NCBI RefSeq assembly: GCF_009914755.1
Contig: NC_060925.1
Strand: one strand, 5' to 3'
Source of the DNA: the human T2T-CHM13v2.0 reference genome, Homo sapiens
DNA length: 64,000 nt
In this document: positions 1 to 15,160 of the stretch, piece by piece
Numbering within the stretch: the first letter of the stretch is position 1
Layout: each line of letters begins with the position of its first letter
The notes under the pieces: generated by a model
Seen by the model: the letters and a program-made list of their open reading frames with translations, nothing else
What the model was told of the DNA's origin: nothing
The model's database searches: none
Translations under genes and position numbers: made by a program

Positions 1-160
1 TGGGCATGGTGGCGTGCCCCTGTATGCCAGCTACTCAGGAGGCTGAGGCAAGAGAATCACTTGAACCCAGGAGGTGGAGGTTGCAGAGAGCCAAGATTGT
101 GCCACTGCACTCCAGCCTGGGTGACAGAGCAAGACTCTGTCTCAAAGCAAAAAAAAAAAA
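1..160 (+). mobile_element. Alu right arm (cut by window edge)
   Basis: Alu right-monomer consensus followed by A-tail. Confidence 0.95.
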
Positions 161-1249
161 AAGAGAGAAGAAAAAAAAAAGTAGTTTGATCAGAGAGTTG
201 ATCTATGTTGTTCATATTATGAAAAGACTTTAAATCGTTTTGTGAGAATACAATGTTGATCAACTTATATGAATTCAGATTCAAGAAGAGACTGCAGAGG
301 ATCAGGGTTATTAAATAGCTTCCTGGCAGTCAAAGCTGTTCTGGATGCAATGGGCTGCCTTAGAAAGTAGCTTCTGTCCCTAGTATTCAAGCTAAGAGGA
401 CAATCACTTGCTTGGATTATCTGCAACATCTCTGCCATCAGATGGATTCTCAGACTGGATAATCTTTAAGTTTCTTCTAATAATCAATTTTATGAGTCTG
501 TGCTGTGAAGAGTGGTGTCTCAAGACCAAGGGAACAATAGAGGAAGACGTATTCAGCTTTGGTCTTGTGCCAACATTTCCTAGTTTTAGGTTAGCAAATT
601 CAGAAATCTGTTAAATGTTTATTGAGTAGCTTCTATGGTCCATACACTGTCTTAAGTGCTGGGGAATTAACAGTGACCAAGAATTTTAGATCGTGACTTC
701 ATGGAGCTCATAATGCTAACAATTGACATTGGACAAGTAACTACAAGTTTGATGAATCTTACCAAAGGAATAATTGAAGGAGCCTATAATAAGGCGATTT
801 GGCAAAGTTGGAGTCAGGAGGGTTGGGGAAAAGCTATCAAGGAGAGATATTTAAGATGAGACCTTAGTTCTTCAAAGATTGGTAGAATCTGCTTAGTGAA
901 GAAGATAATGAAGTGAGTAGTTCTTAAATTTCAATTTATGAGTATAAAACCTGAGGGATTAGAATTTTTTCTTAAAGGTGAACCAGATTTCAGTCTGAGT
1001 ATAAAACGTTTTTATGTAATAAATCTGTTTAACAAATAAAATTAGATCCAGCAATCCCACTGTTGGGTATACATCCAAAGGAAATGAAATCAGTATGTTA
1101 ATGAGGTATCTGCACTCCACGCTTATTGCAGCACTATTCACTAGAGCCAACATATGGAATCAACCTAAGTGTCTATCAATGGATGAATGTGTAAAGAAAT
1201 TGTAGATATATACACAATGGAATACTATCCATCCTTAAACAAAGAAGGA

Positions 1250-1768
1250 GGCTGGGCAAGGGAGCTCATGCCTATGATCCTAGCGCTTTGGGAGGCCAAG
1301 GCAGGAAGATCCCTTGAGGCCAGGAATTTTAGACCAGCCTAAGCAACATAGAAAGACCCCATGTCTACAAAAAAAATTTTTAAACATGATCAGGGCATGG
1401 TGATGCATGCCTGTAATCCTTGCTATATGTGAGGCTGAGGTGGGAGGATTGTTGAGCCCGGGAGTTTGAGGGTGCAGTGAGCTATGATCATGCCACTGCA
1501 CTCCAGCAGAGACCACCCAGAATAGAGATGCATCTACTCCCAGCCAGGGGTAAGAGAGAGGGAACCAGCAAAACTTAACCAGCAAAACTGCCCTTAACAG
1601 AAAATAGTGCATCCTAGCCATCCTCCAGGCCCACTGAGTGCAAAGCCACTCAGCTAGGTAAGAAGAGTTTTGACACCTCCCCATCCTCCTGGAGTGAGGA
1701 AAGCTGAGTAGCGGGTGGTAAGTTGAGAGGGAGCAAAGCAAAACAAAACAAAACAACAACAACAACAA
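1250..1768 (+). mobile_element. AluJ-like element whose 3' end is replaced by a ~225-bp non-Alu insert
   Basis: Alu consensus 1250-1507; TSD aaagaagga at 1241-1249 and 1769-1777. Confidence 0.85.
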
Positions 1769-1903
1769 AAAGAAGGAAATGCTACCATTTACAACAACAT
1801 GGATGAACCTGGAGGACATTATGTTTAGTGAAATAAGCCAGACACAGAAAGACAAATACCACATAAGTTCACTTAATGTGGAATGTATAAAAAGGTTAAA
1901 CTA

Positions 1904-2316
<413 letters not shown>

Positions 2317-2409
2317 TCAGATAGGAGGAATAAGTTCAAGAGATCTATCATACCATATGGTGACTACAGTTAATAGCAATGTATTGTATTCTCAAAAATT
2401 GCTAAAACA

Positions 2410-2697
<288 letters not shown>

Positions 2698-3497
2698 TTG
2701 CTAAGACAGTAGATTTTCAGTGTTCTTACCACAAAAAAAGATAGTTGTATAAGACAACACTTACGTTAATTAGCTCGATTTAGCCATTTCACAACATATT
2801 CATATTTTAAAACAACATGTTGTACACCATAAATAGGTATAAATTTTTGTGAATTAAAAAATAGAAATAAAAAATAAAAGCAAGGAAAGAAAAGAAAACA
2901 GGGTCATGAGTATAATGCTCAGAGCTTAAAGGGTGAGAATACCGTTAGATTATCTGAGAAGCAGAAGCTGGAGTTCAGAGATAAAGAGTTTTAATGTGGG
3001 GAAAGGCCTGGAAAAGATAAATGGAGAAGGAAGCAGGTGGAGCCAGAAGGGCCTCAGACCTTGATGCGTCTCACAGTCTCAGCTGACTTAGCAGGGAGCT
3101 CTGGCACCGACTGCCCGTTAGAGAAGGCCTGTGGTGGGCAGGCATGTCCAGGCACTGGGACTCTAGCTGTGCAAGACTGTCCCGGTGCCAGGACTCTTGC
3201 TGTGCACAGCCATGGGCTGGGGCTGCCGGGAACAGCGTAGATCCCGAAGGTGCTGCAGCTAGAGCCTGTCGGTTAACTGCACTTCTTGCAGCCAAAAATG
3301 TGTTTACTCTTGAAGGGGGAGCCGAGGCTGCTACAGTGAGTATGCTGATAGCCAGAAGGTAACTGTTCAGATTTATTAAACCTGTCTCCATAAGTAGGCA
3401 TAAACAGTCCATGATGCCTATTGAGGAGAGGAAAATAATTTCCACCCCACTGAGCTCTCCGAGTCCAGTGTGGAGAAAGTCACTTCTGAGAGCATGA

Positions 3498-3830
<333 letters not shown>

Positions 3831-5074
3831 AAGTGTAATTTTCATTCTTGCTAATGGATTGTGATTCAAATAGAACTTCAATTTTTTTCTCTCACTGCCC
3901 TTTTAATCTTATTCAGTGGGGTAGTCTTCTCTGCCTCAGATGTGAACTCTGGCCTCGGTCTCAGTCCAGAAATGAGTACTGGTCTCGGTTTAGAAATGAG
4001 TACTTCCTGTGCCATGTAATATTCAAAATTCCAAACTTACCTTATTATCAAATAATCTCCCTTACCCTGGCTTAGGTCTTCCAGGCTAGAGGCTGGTAGT
4101 CGGGGAGGGAGCAGTCTCTGCTCTCTACTATGCTCAGCTTGCCTCTCTGAATCTGTTCTCCTCCTTCCCCTCAACTCTCCTCCCCCAACTCAGGTTTCCT
4201 CACTCCAGGAGGATGGAGAGGTTGGGGAGGTGTTAAAACTCTTCTTACCTAGCTGAGTGGCTTTGCACTCTGTGGGCCTCACAGATGGCTAAGATGAACT
4301 ATTTTTTGTTAAGGGAAGTTTTGCTGGTTAAGTTTCTCTCTTACCACTGGTTCCCTCTCTCTTACCCCTGACCAGGAGGTGGATGCATCTCTATTCTGGG
4401 TGGTCCTTTGCAACTCCTTCATCAGCCCCTGGACATCTGGCCACACATCTCATCTCCTCCTCCCCAGAGGCCTGTCCAAATGCCCCTATCGTACAGCACC
4501 CAGGACAACCAAGCAGGCTGTGTCTCATGGGTGGCCCTTAGCTACCCATGACAAACATTCCTTGCCCTGGCAGATCCTAGGATCTACAACATGGCACCAT
4601 ACTCCTGGCTCCCTCATGGGAGCCCATTACCGGTTTTAACTCTCCCAGACCTGTCATAGGTGCCTGTCGCCTCTGACTCTCACTTGCGGGGCCACATTCC
4701 AAAGCTCCCTAAGCCCTCCCCTTGAAGTCTTCTTTACTTGGCTTGTGGTCAGAGGTGACATCACTATACCCTGGGGAAGAGGTGTGGACTCACAGTAAAG
4801 TTCTTTCCAAAGAAGTCTCTTTCTTGATCTCCCTTTCTCAGCCCTCCATCCATAGATGAGGGGGTTCCAAAGGCAGTGACACCAGTTCTCCTTGACTCCC
4901 ATTGTACGTTCCTCAAGGGCAGATCTCCCTCACATTGCCTTTGATCTCCTGATACCCATCACACTGTCAGCTTAGCGTAGCGTAACTAAGGCAGGAAGAG
5001 ACCCATTCTAACATCTTGCTTGTAGCAGACACTTAGGGTTCCCTGTAGCACAGCCTGTTTATCCACCTGACTTC

Positions 5075-5431
5075 TTTATATATATATATATATATTATAC
5101 TTTAAGTTCTAGAGTACATGTGCACAACGTGCAGGTTTGTTACATATGTATACATGTGCCATGTTGGTGTGCTGCACCCATTAACTCGTCATTTAGCATT
5201 AGGTATATCTCCTAATGCTATCCCTCCCCCCTCCCCCCACCCCACAACAGTCCCCGGTGTGTGATGTTCCCCATCCTGTGTCCAAGTGTTCTCATTGTTC
5301 AATTCCCACCTATGAGTGAGAACAGGCGGTGTTTGGTTTTTTGTCCTTGCGATAGTTTGCTGAGAATGATGGTTTCCAGCTTCATCCATGTCCCTACAAA
5401 GGACATAAACTCATCATTTTTTATGGCTGCA
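5075..5431 (-). mobile_element. 5'-truncated L1PA 3' end
   Basis: ttatactttaagttctag..gtacatgtgcacaacgtgcaggtttgttac signature; tail converted to (TA)n. Confidence 0.95.
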
Positions 5432-5475
5432 TCTACACTGCTGTGTGGGCAGTTTCATGATGGAGTGCCCCATGA

Positions 5476-5916
<441 letters not shown>

Positions 5917-6249
5917 TGAGTAAACGTGGATAAATGTTCCAGCCTCCCTGCCCTATTCCATGAGCAATTCTGAGGCATGTTCTCCCTGGTTCCTCAGAGG
6001 GATTGGGCCCCAGTTGTCCACAACGGTAATCAACTATTAACACACCCTTTTCTTTGGCTTTCCTCCCTTCCTTGTCTCATTTTCCTCATTCTTTCTTCTT
6101 GGATTATCTCCCAGAAAGACGTCCTCCACCCAAGTTTTTATCTAAGGGTGTGCTTTGGAGAGAGACCAAACTATGACATTATTATATATAATAAAGTAGT
6201 TGCACCAGTAATGTTTAGACTTTCTCTCTCTTCTTCCTGGATCTTTAGG

Positions 6250-6300
6250 AGCAATTAAGCCAATGAGAAATCAGACCCACACCCCAATTCTGATGTAACA
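6250..6300 (+). promoter_or_regulatory. Putative LINC01133 proximal promoter
   Basis: CCAAT box 6260-6264, KLF-type CCACACCC ~6277-6284 and C/EBP-ATF-like TGATGTAA 6291-6298, immediately 5' of exon 1. Confidence 0.5.
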
Positions 6301-6471
6301 GCCTTGGGAAAGAGGTTGCAGTGAAAAGCTGGTCCTGCTGTGGTGGAGAGAATGGAGGAAAGATAATAAAAGGCCAAACCTTTGCTCCAACTTTCTCCTT
6401 AGCTTCCCTTTGGATCTGGAAAGCTGGGGACCCACACGGCAGAGCCATGGTACTGGAGGAGCCATTAACAA
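6297..6471 (+). ncRNA. LINC01133: LINC01133 exon 1
   Basis: Strong donor CAA|GTAAGT at 6472. Confidence 0.85.
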
Positions 6472-6942
6472 GTAAGTTCCAAATAAATCACCTCCCTCCC
6501 GAGGCAATGTGTGTTGAGATCTGCATGTGTCTTCTATCCTATTCTGAGGCCAGCCTGTGCACTTGATATATGGTTTCTTTTTCCTTTCTTTTCTTTTTCT
6601 TTTTTAAGTGTCAGTGTTAAAAAGGTGATTATTCAATTGAACCATGAAGGTGGATGGAGAGAACTGTAAGCGTCTGCAAATTGTTGAAGTGCACCCAAAG
6701 GAGTCATTGTGAAACAAAGGAGAAAAGAGTGTTCCTCGCAGAGGGAGCAGCCTGTGCAGGATCCTTGGGGTGGGGGAGAGAGCTGGGCACACTGAAGTAC
6801 AGAAGAAGCCCACACAGGCAGGGCCGAGAGATGGAGGCAGAGAAGAGTGGAGATGAGGCTACAAAGACGGACTGCAGGCCGCTCACTGGGGGCGTATAGA
6901 CCTGCTGAGTTTATAAGTTATGCACTCAAGAAGTTTACCTTT

Positions 6943-7234
6943 GGCCGGGCGTGGCGGCTCATGCCTATAATCCCAGCACTTTGGGAGGCGGAGGCGGGCG
7001 GATCACAAGGTCAAGAGTTCGAGACCAGCCCGGCCAACATGGTGAAACCCCCGTCTCTACTAAGAATACAAAAATTAGCCCAGCGTGGTGGCACATGCCT
7101 ATAATGCCAGGTACCTGGGAGGCTGAGGCAGGAGAATTGCTTGAACCCAGGAGCTAGAGGTTTCAGTCAGCCAAGATAGCGCCACTGTACTCCAGCCTGG
7201 GGACAGAGCAAGACTCCATCTCAAAAAAAAAAAA
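6943..7234 (+). mobile_element. AluS (Sg-like)
   Basis: Full dimer; TSD gtttacctttg. Confidence 0.95.
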
Positions 7235-8844
7235 GGTTTACCTTTGACGGCAAGGGGAACAGAGGATGGGAGGCAAAGGGAAAACATGGGGTAGAGGGAT
7301 AATTTTATTGCCAATGATTTCGTTTTAAGAGTGGAGATGAGGCTACAAAGATGGACTGCAGGCGGCTCACTGGGGGTATATAGACCTACTGAGTTTATAA
7401 GTTATGCACTCAAGAAGTTTACCTTTGGCCCGGGGCGGCGGTTCACGCCTATAGTCCCAGCACTTTGGGAGGCCGAGGTGGGCGGCGGAGATTTGAACAT
7501 ATTTAAATGCTGACGAGCAGATCCAGTAGGAATAGGGGTTGAAGATTTGGGGAAAAGGTGATGATAATGGAACAAGGCCTCTCCCTGACCCCACCCCACC
7601 CCACACACACCCAGAAGACAGGAGGGAACTGAGATTCAGAACCAAGGGAAAGGAACTGACCTTGGATTACAAGATGGGCCTCGGCTATAATGAGAAGAAA
7701 ATGGGCAGAGATGCAGATAGGTTTGTATGAGACAAGCAGTTAAGGGAAGGCCTGCACAGTGGCTTCGATTTTCTCTGAAGTGGAGTCAAAGTTATCTGCT
7801 AAAACTGAAGGTTTACGTGAAAGGCAGGCATTTCAAGAGAATGGAGCAGGTGAGGTAACTGTGTGTTAAGGTTTCTTAGGAAGGTCCTCATGTAAGCCTG
7901 TTATCCTGCCCTAATTATTAAGAGTGCCCCCTTTCACTCTCAGAAAGTGCTCTAGTTTGGAGGATAAGTTATGGTTACCCTAGAGCAGAAGCAAAATCTT
8001 ACTAAAGGAATCATAGTGAAACAGCTAAACTTTAAGAGTTCAAGGCTGCCCTTACCTTTTTGAGTCAACAAATTGCCCTAAAGATTTAGAAGGAGATGGT
8101 GGGTGGGCAGTGTCGAAGAGCATGCCTCTGGAACCAAACTACTTGGGTTCCTTCGTCTGCAGAATGGAATACTCACAATACCCGCTTTATAGGGTGGTTG
8201 GGAAAATCAGATGAACTAATGGCAGAAAGCATTCGGCATGGAGTTGGCACATGGTGAGGGCTCAATGAATGTGAGTCATGGTTATTACTGAAGGTTGGTT
8301 AAGCATAAAGACAGTGGGCTTTGGCATTAGAAAGACCTGGGGCCCCTTGGTAATTGGCCAGGGTCTGTAATTATTGAAGAGAATACACAGGAAGTCTCTA
8401 ACATAAGACACGAGAATAGGTTTATTCAAGAACGTTAGCTGGCAGCACCAATCAGCCCACAGTCTAAAGAGACAGCAAGCATTGCTGTTGGGAGGTACAA
8501 CCCAGCTCGGTGTTTTCCATGCCAGTCACCTGTTCACCAGATCAGCCTGTTACATATGAAGAGATGGAACATGCTGGGCTGATCCCCTTAACCACACTGT
8601 AAGGGCAACCCATTCCTTGTCTCTCAGGCTTCACACATCTCAGATTGGTTCATGCACATACATACCCTTTCCTCAACTTACCTCTTAAGTACAATGTGTC
8701 TGCCCTTCTTTCCTAAAATGGACTCGGCTCATGTTCTTCTTGATTGCATGTCCTGTGACTCCCTGATGCTTATTGATCTCAAAATGTAGGTTTCATACCA
8801 CCTGCATCATAATCAAGCTGAGAGCTAGTTAAAATGCTTATTTG

Positions 8845-9244
<400 letters not shown>

Positions 9245-10872
9245 CTACTCTAAGCTAAAGTTTGGGAATCACTACACTTCACCTGCTCTTCTGTTCTGTT
9301 GGAGCAGAGAGGAAGTTCCCCAGCCAGTGATATCTTTTGTTTCCAATCACAAAGGGTTTCTTTCCCCCTAAGTAAAGCCATGAAACAACACTCTGCTTCA
9401 TTCTTGGTCTGGCCTTTGGAGAATATGAGAGGGGCTCCGGGAGCTTTTAATCTGTTCTCCTGGGCTTTCTGAGGAGCTGTCTCAAGGACTGCCGCAGGGA
9501 AGCAGGTGCAAAGCCAGGGAGCTTCAACCACAGAGAGCCTGCTTTTATCTTTTCACACAGGGAGTTCTGATGCAGAACTTGTTTGAAAATGGTGTGCTCT
9601 CGCTAAAAGAAAAAAGTTTAGAATCTACGGATCTTGTCCAACCCTTTATTTCACAAATTAAAAACTAAAAAGCAAACAAACAGCAAACAAAAACCAGAGG
9701 TTCGGAGTGGTGGAGAGACTCCCTCAAGGTCACAGTTTAACGGCAAACCTGGGGCCAAAACTCGGGTCTCCCGGTGTCTTGTTGGCAGGATTTTACTTGA
9801 TTAAACAAATTTGAGAAGTAACAAAACTATACCTGGCATATAGAAAGCCCTCAGTGTTATTATTATTGTCATCATCAATAATGTGTATTTGTATTCCTTT
9901 GCTGTTATTAATTTGTATTTGAGACTGGAGGCACACAAAGAAAGCACAAAGGAAACAGAGGGGAGTGGCTTGAGGGAAGCCCTGGGCCACCCAGACGGGT
10001 CTGCACACGATGCCATTTTTCTTAGTTAATTCAGCACTTTTCACAATACAGGCTCAAACTCTAACTCATCAATGTCCCAGAGTTGATCAGAATCTGGAAT
10101 GCTGCCTCATTTTATCAGAGATGTCATCAAACTGACATATAAAATTAGCCATTCATCCTACAATTATTTATCAAGCTTCAATTAAATGCCAGGCACTGTT
10201 CTAGGTGTGGGACACAGCAGTGAACAGGAAAACGCGAAGCTTACATTATTGTCAGAGTCAAGGTTGGGGGAAAGCAATACACAACAAACAGATCTGTACC
10301 GTCTGATCAGAACACTTTATAAAGTACCGTGAGGAAAAACAAGGCAGGATAAAGGAACACCAAGGGATGGGGGCAAGAAGCCTTTGGTTAGAGTGTTCTG
10401 ATCAAATAGGCCAGTTGCAGCTCCATCGCCCTGACATTCCCTCCCTGTACACAGTCAGTTTGGGGAGTTGTCAACAGAAGGCTGCCTAGGGAACATGGTG
10501 CTAGAGGAAAAGAGATGAGCTAAGATTCAACACTCTGATGACAATCTATGGTGTCCATCTCCAGCGAGGCTCCTTCTGTAAGGTTGCCTGGATACTGCAT
10601 CTGGCTGACAGAGTCCCCAGACAGAACTTGAATAGGCACTGCCAGGGTGTGTACTTCTATGACTCTCCTTTTGCAATGGGCCCACACCACCCACCTCATT
10701 TTTCTAATAAGGTATGTACCTTCATTTGATTATTTGTGTCATTAGGGATAATTTGCATACCTCATCTTTGATCCACTAAGTATTGTCTTAATACTTTGGA
10801 ACTCAGAAGGCAATCTCATTTTCTCCTTTTCCAGGGCTATTCACTTTCCTTAGTCCCATATTAAAATGTTTC

Positions 10873-13358
10873 TTTTTAAAAAGATATAAATTATGCTTAA
10901 TTAACAAATCATAATTATATTACATTTATATAGTACAATGTGATGTTTTGATATATGTCTACAATTCCAAGTGATTAAATCAAGCTAATTAACATATCTA
11001 TCACTTCACTTCCTTGATATTTTTGTGGTGATATATTTGAAATTACACTTTTAGTTATTTTGAAATATACAACATATTATTATTGATTACAGTCATCCTG
11101 CTGTGCAGTAGATCTCAAAACTTATTCCTCTTGTTTAGCTGAAACTTTGTACCCTCAGACCAGTAATTCCCCATTCCTTCACTCCTCCTCTGCCCACTGC
11201 CTCTGGGATCCATTATTCTTCTACAAATTCAACTTTTTTTATATTCCACATCTAAATAAGATCATGCAGTATTTACCTTTCTGTGCCTGGCTTATTTCAC
11301 TTAGCATAGTATCCTCTAGATTCATTTGTGTTGTCCAAAATGACAGAATTTCATTCTTTCTAAAGGCTGATTAGTATTCCATTGTGTGTATACACCTCAT
11401 TTTCTTTATCTATTTATCCACTGATGAACATTTAGATTGAGTCCACATCTTAGCTATTGTACATAATGCTATAATAAACATGGGAGTTCATGTTAAAGGG
11501 ATATCCTTTCAACACAGCCATTTTAATTCCTTTGGATATATTCTCAGAAGTGGGATAGTTGGATCATATGGAAGTTACATTTTTAGTTTTTTGAGGAACC
11601 TCCATACTGTTTTCCATAATAGCTGTACTAATTTACACTCCTACTAACAGTGTACAAGTGTTCCCTTTTTTCTGTGTCTTCATCAACACATGTTATCTTT
11701 TATCATTTTGATAAAAGCCATTCTAACAGGTGTGAGGTGATACCTCATTGTGGTTTTAATTTGCATTTACTTAGTGATTACTGATCCTGAGCATTTTTTA
11801 ATGAACCTGTTAGCCATTTGTATGCCTTCTTTTGAGAAGTGTCTGTTCTAGTCATTTGCCCATTTTTTAATCATTACTTGTTTTCTTGCTAATGAGTTGT
11901 TTGGATTCCTCATATATTTTGGATTTTAACTCCTTATCAGATGTATAGTTTGAAAATATTTTTTCCCATTCTGTGGGTCTGTTCACTTTGTTGTTTTTGT
12001 TTTTTTGTTTGTTTTTGTTTTTGTTTTGCTATGCATAAACTTTTTAGTTTTATGCAATCCCATTTGTTTATTTTTGCTTTTGTTACCTGAGGTGTCAGAG
12101 TCAAATCCAAAAAATTCTTGTCCAAACCAATGTAATGAGGGTTTCCCCTTATGCTTTCTTCTAGTAGTTTTATAGTGTCAAGTCTTACATTAAAGTCTTT
12201 CCCGTTTTGAGTTTTTTTTATTATACTTTAACTTCTAGGGTACATGTGTACAATGTGCAGGTTTGTTACACAGGTATACATGTGCCATGTTGGTTTGCTG
12301 CACCCATCAACTTGTCTTACATTTGTTATTTCTCCTAATGCTATCCCTCCCTTGAGTTGATTTTTATGCATGGTGTAAGATAAAGATCTAATTTCATTCT
12401 TCTGAATGTGGATAACCAGTTTTCCCACACCATTTATTGAATAGATTGTCCTTTCCTCATTGTAGGCTTTTGGAACCTTTGTCAAAAATCAATCAACTAT
12501 AAATGCATTGGTTTATTTCTGTTCCATTGGTTGATGGATCTGTTTTTATGCCAGTATTTGATTACAATTTCCTTATAATATACTTTAAAGTCAGGTCGTG
12601 TGATGCCTCCAGCTTTGTTATTTTTGCTCAAAATTGTTTTGGCCATTTGTGGTCTTTTGTTGTTCCCTACGAACTTAAGGATTGTTTTTCTATTTCGCGA
12701 AGAGTGGCATTGGAATTTTAATAGAGATTGCCTTGAATCTGTAGATTGTTTTGGGTTAATATGGACATTATAACAGTATTAACTTTTCCAATCCATGAAC
12801 ATGGAATATCTTGCCGTTTATGTGTGTTTTCATTCATTTCTTTCATTAGTATTTTATAGTTTTCAGTATATAAGTCTTTCACCTCCTTAGTTAAATTTAC
12901 ATCTAACTATTTTATTTTATCTTTTGTTGCTATTGTAAATGGGATCGTTCTTAATTTTCTTTTTGGATAGCTTGTTATTAACATACAGAAATGCCACTAA
13001 TTTTTATATGTTGATTTTGTATCCTGCAACTTTATGGAATTTGTTTATCAGTTCTAAGGGTTTTTGATTTTTAGAGTTTTTTATATATATAAGATCATTT
13101 CATCAGCAAATGAAGACAATTTCACTTCTTCCTTTACTATTAAGATGGCTTTTATTTCTTTCTCTTGAATAATTGCTCTGGCTAGGACTTCAAGAACTAC
13201 GTTGAAAACGAGTAGTGGAAGTGGGCATCCTTGTTGTGTTTCTGATATTTGAAGAAAAGCTTTCAACTTTTCTCCATTGAGTATAATATCAGCTGTGGGC
13301 TTGTTGTATATGGATTTTACTGTGTTGAGGTACATTCTCTCATACTTACTCTTTTGAG
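10873..13358 (-). mobile_element. L1MA-type LINE-1, 5'-truncated (~2.5 kb)
   Basis: ORF2 remnants ([35 protein letters not shown]; TKAKINKWDCIKLKS) and L1MA 3' UTR. Confidence 0.9.
12212..12351 (-). mobile_element. Short L1PA 3' fragment nested in the older L1
   Basis: L1PA 3' end signature; TSD ttgagtt on both sides. Confidence 0.85.
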
Positions 13359-13833
13359 AACTGTTCACACCACCCCATCTCATTTTTGTAATTCTTTAGG
13401 GATAGCGTGCATGCCTCATCTCTGATGTACCAAGTATTTACTTAGCACCTTGAGACTCAGAAGGCAATCTCATTTTCTCTTTTCTCAGGGCTACTCACTC
13501 CTCTCCTTCCCATTAAATATTTTCCATTATCACATGCAAAATCGTCTCTCTTCCCTATCAAGTTCCCCAAATACCCTGCCAGTTACAATGGTTTTGTGGC
13601 ACCCATGGTACTCTTCTCTCTTGGTCAAATCCTTCTTTGTAGGGGAGAGAGGGACTGTCTGGGATTCTGACCTTGAACATTGAAGGTGGCTCGGAGTTTG
13701 AGTCATTGGATTGTGAGGCAGGATTTCCTATGTCTGAGAGGTTTCTTCTCTGAGAGGAAAGAAGCCTGGTAGCAGCACACCAACAATGGAGACATTTTCT
13801 TCTAGTCTATGGAAATGGTTAAGAAGTAGGGAA

Positions 13834-14130
<297 letters not shown>

Positions 14131-14827
14131 GGTAGGGAAGAGCTTGGAGATTCCCCCTCAAACTACTAGAAGAGGAAATGGGAAACAGAAGGAGAAGTGG
14201 AGGGTCAAGGAGCAACCACTCCAACAACTCTCTGGATGGAGGAAGAAGAGGTGGAGAGAAGTTTTCTATGATGGACAATTTCTAGCACTAGGGATAGCCA
14301 ATTTTGCTGACTGTGGATAGCTGCCTGGGGGGGATGGATAAGGGGGGAAGGGGTATAGTCCCTAACTCTTTGCTTTCCCAAGCTCACGTGATGAGGTATT
14401 ACCCAAAGGCTATGCAGCTAAGTCCTTCCTCTAGAACAGTGGCTGCTGAACTTAAAAAAAAATCCATGCAACCTTTCCTCAATGGAAATATTACAAGAAA
14501 CTCAATATGATAAAAAATAAACTATTCTTGTAGAAGCTGGAGGGAGTATCCCATCTCAGCACTTTGCTTAAACCCCAAGGCAATGCCTTGGAGCCTTAAG
14601 GGTTCTAGGGAGCCCCTCTGCTCGGGGATTGCAGATGGGCAAAACAATGGGGCAGCATTGGCAGGTGTAATTCCTGGACTTTCATCTCCATTTCAACTAG
14701 AATAGCTGGATTTTCACCTAGTTACATATTAGGCTTATGAAAATATTTCCTGGACAGGGGAGAGGAATATTTTCCTTAAAAACATGTTCCTACACCCCAC
14801 TTAAAATCCTTTAAAATAGTGTTTATT

Positions 14828-15160
14828 AGCTGGGTGCAGTGGCTCATGCCTGTAATCCCAGCACTTTGGGAGCCCGAGGCAGGCAGATCATTTGAGCCCA
14901 GGAGTTCAAGAGTCACCTGGGTAACATGGCAAAACACTGTCTCTACCCAAAATACAAAATTAGCTAGGCATGGTGGTGCACTGGTGCACTTCTGTAGTCC
15001 CAGCTACTCAGGAGGCTGAGATGGGAGGATCGCTTGAGCCCGGGGGTGAAGGGGGAGTGGAGACTGCAGTGAGCCGTGATCGCACCTCTGCACTCCAGTG
15101 TGGGTGACAGAGCAAGACACTTCTCAATAAATAAATAAATAGATAAATAAATAAATAAAA
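14828..15160 (+). mobile_element. AluJ with (TAAA)n tail
   Basis: Alu dimer; TSD aaaatagt(g/a)tttat. Confidence 0.9.

Noticed and set aside
1280-1864. Longest ORF (194 aa) and the many ORFs with SPRLECSG / IPALWEAE motifs
   Set aside because: Read-through of antisense L1 and Alu sequence; no coding signature
3946-4002. ~24-bp tandem duplication (also 45166-45203)
   Set aside because: Ordinary slippage-scale duplications
10296-10403. 13-bp inverted repeat tgatcagaacact / agtgttctgatca
   Set aside because: Short, inside an L2 remnant, with no further structure
13081-13383. ORF with reverse-transcriptase-like text
   Set aside because: Decayed L1 ORF2 fragment
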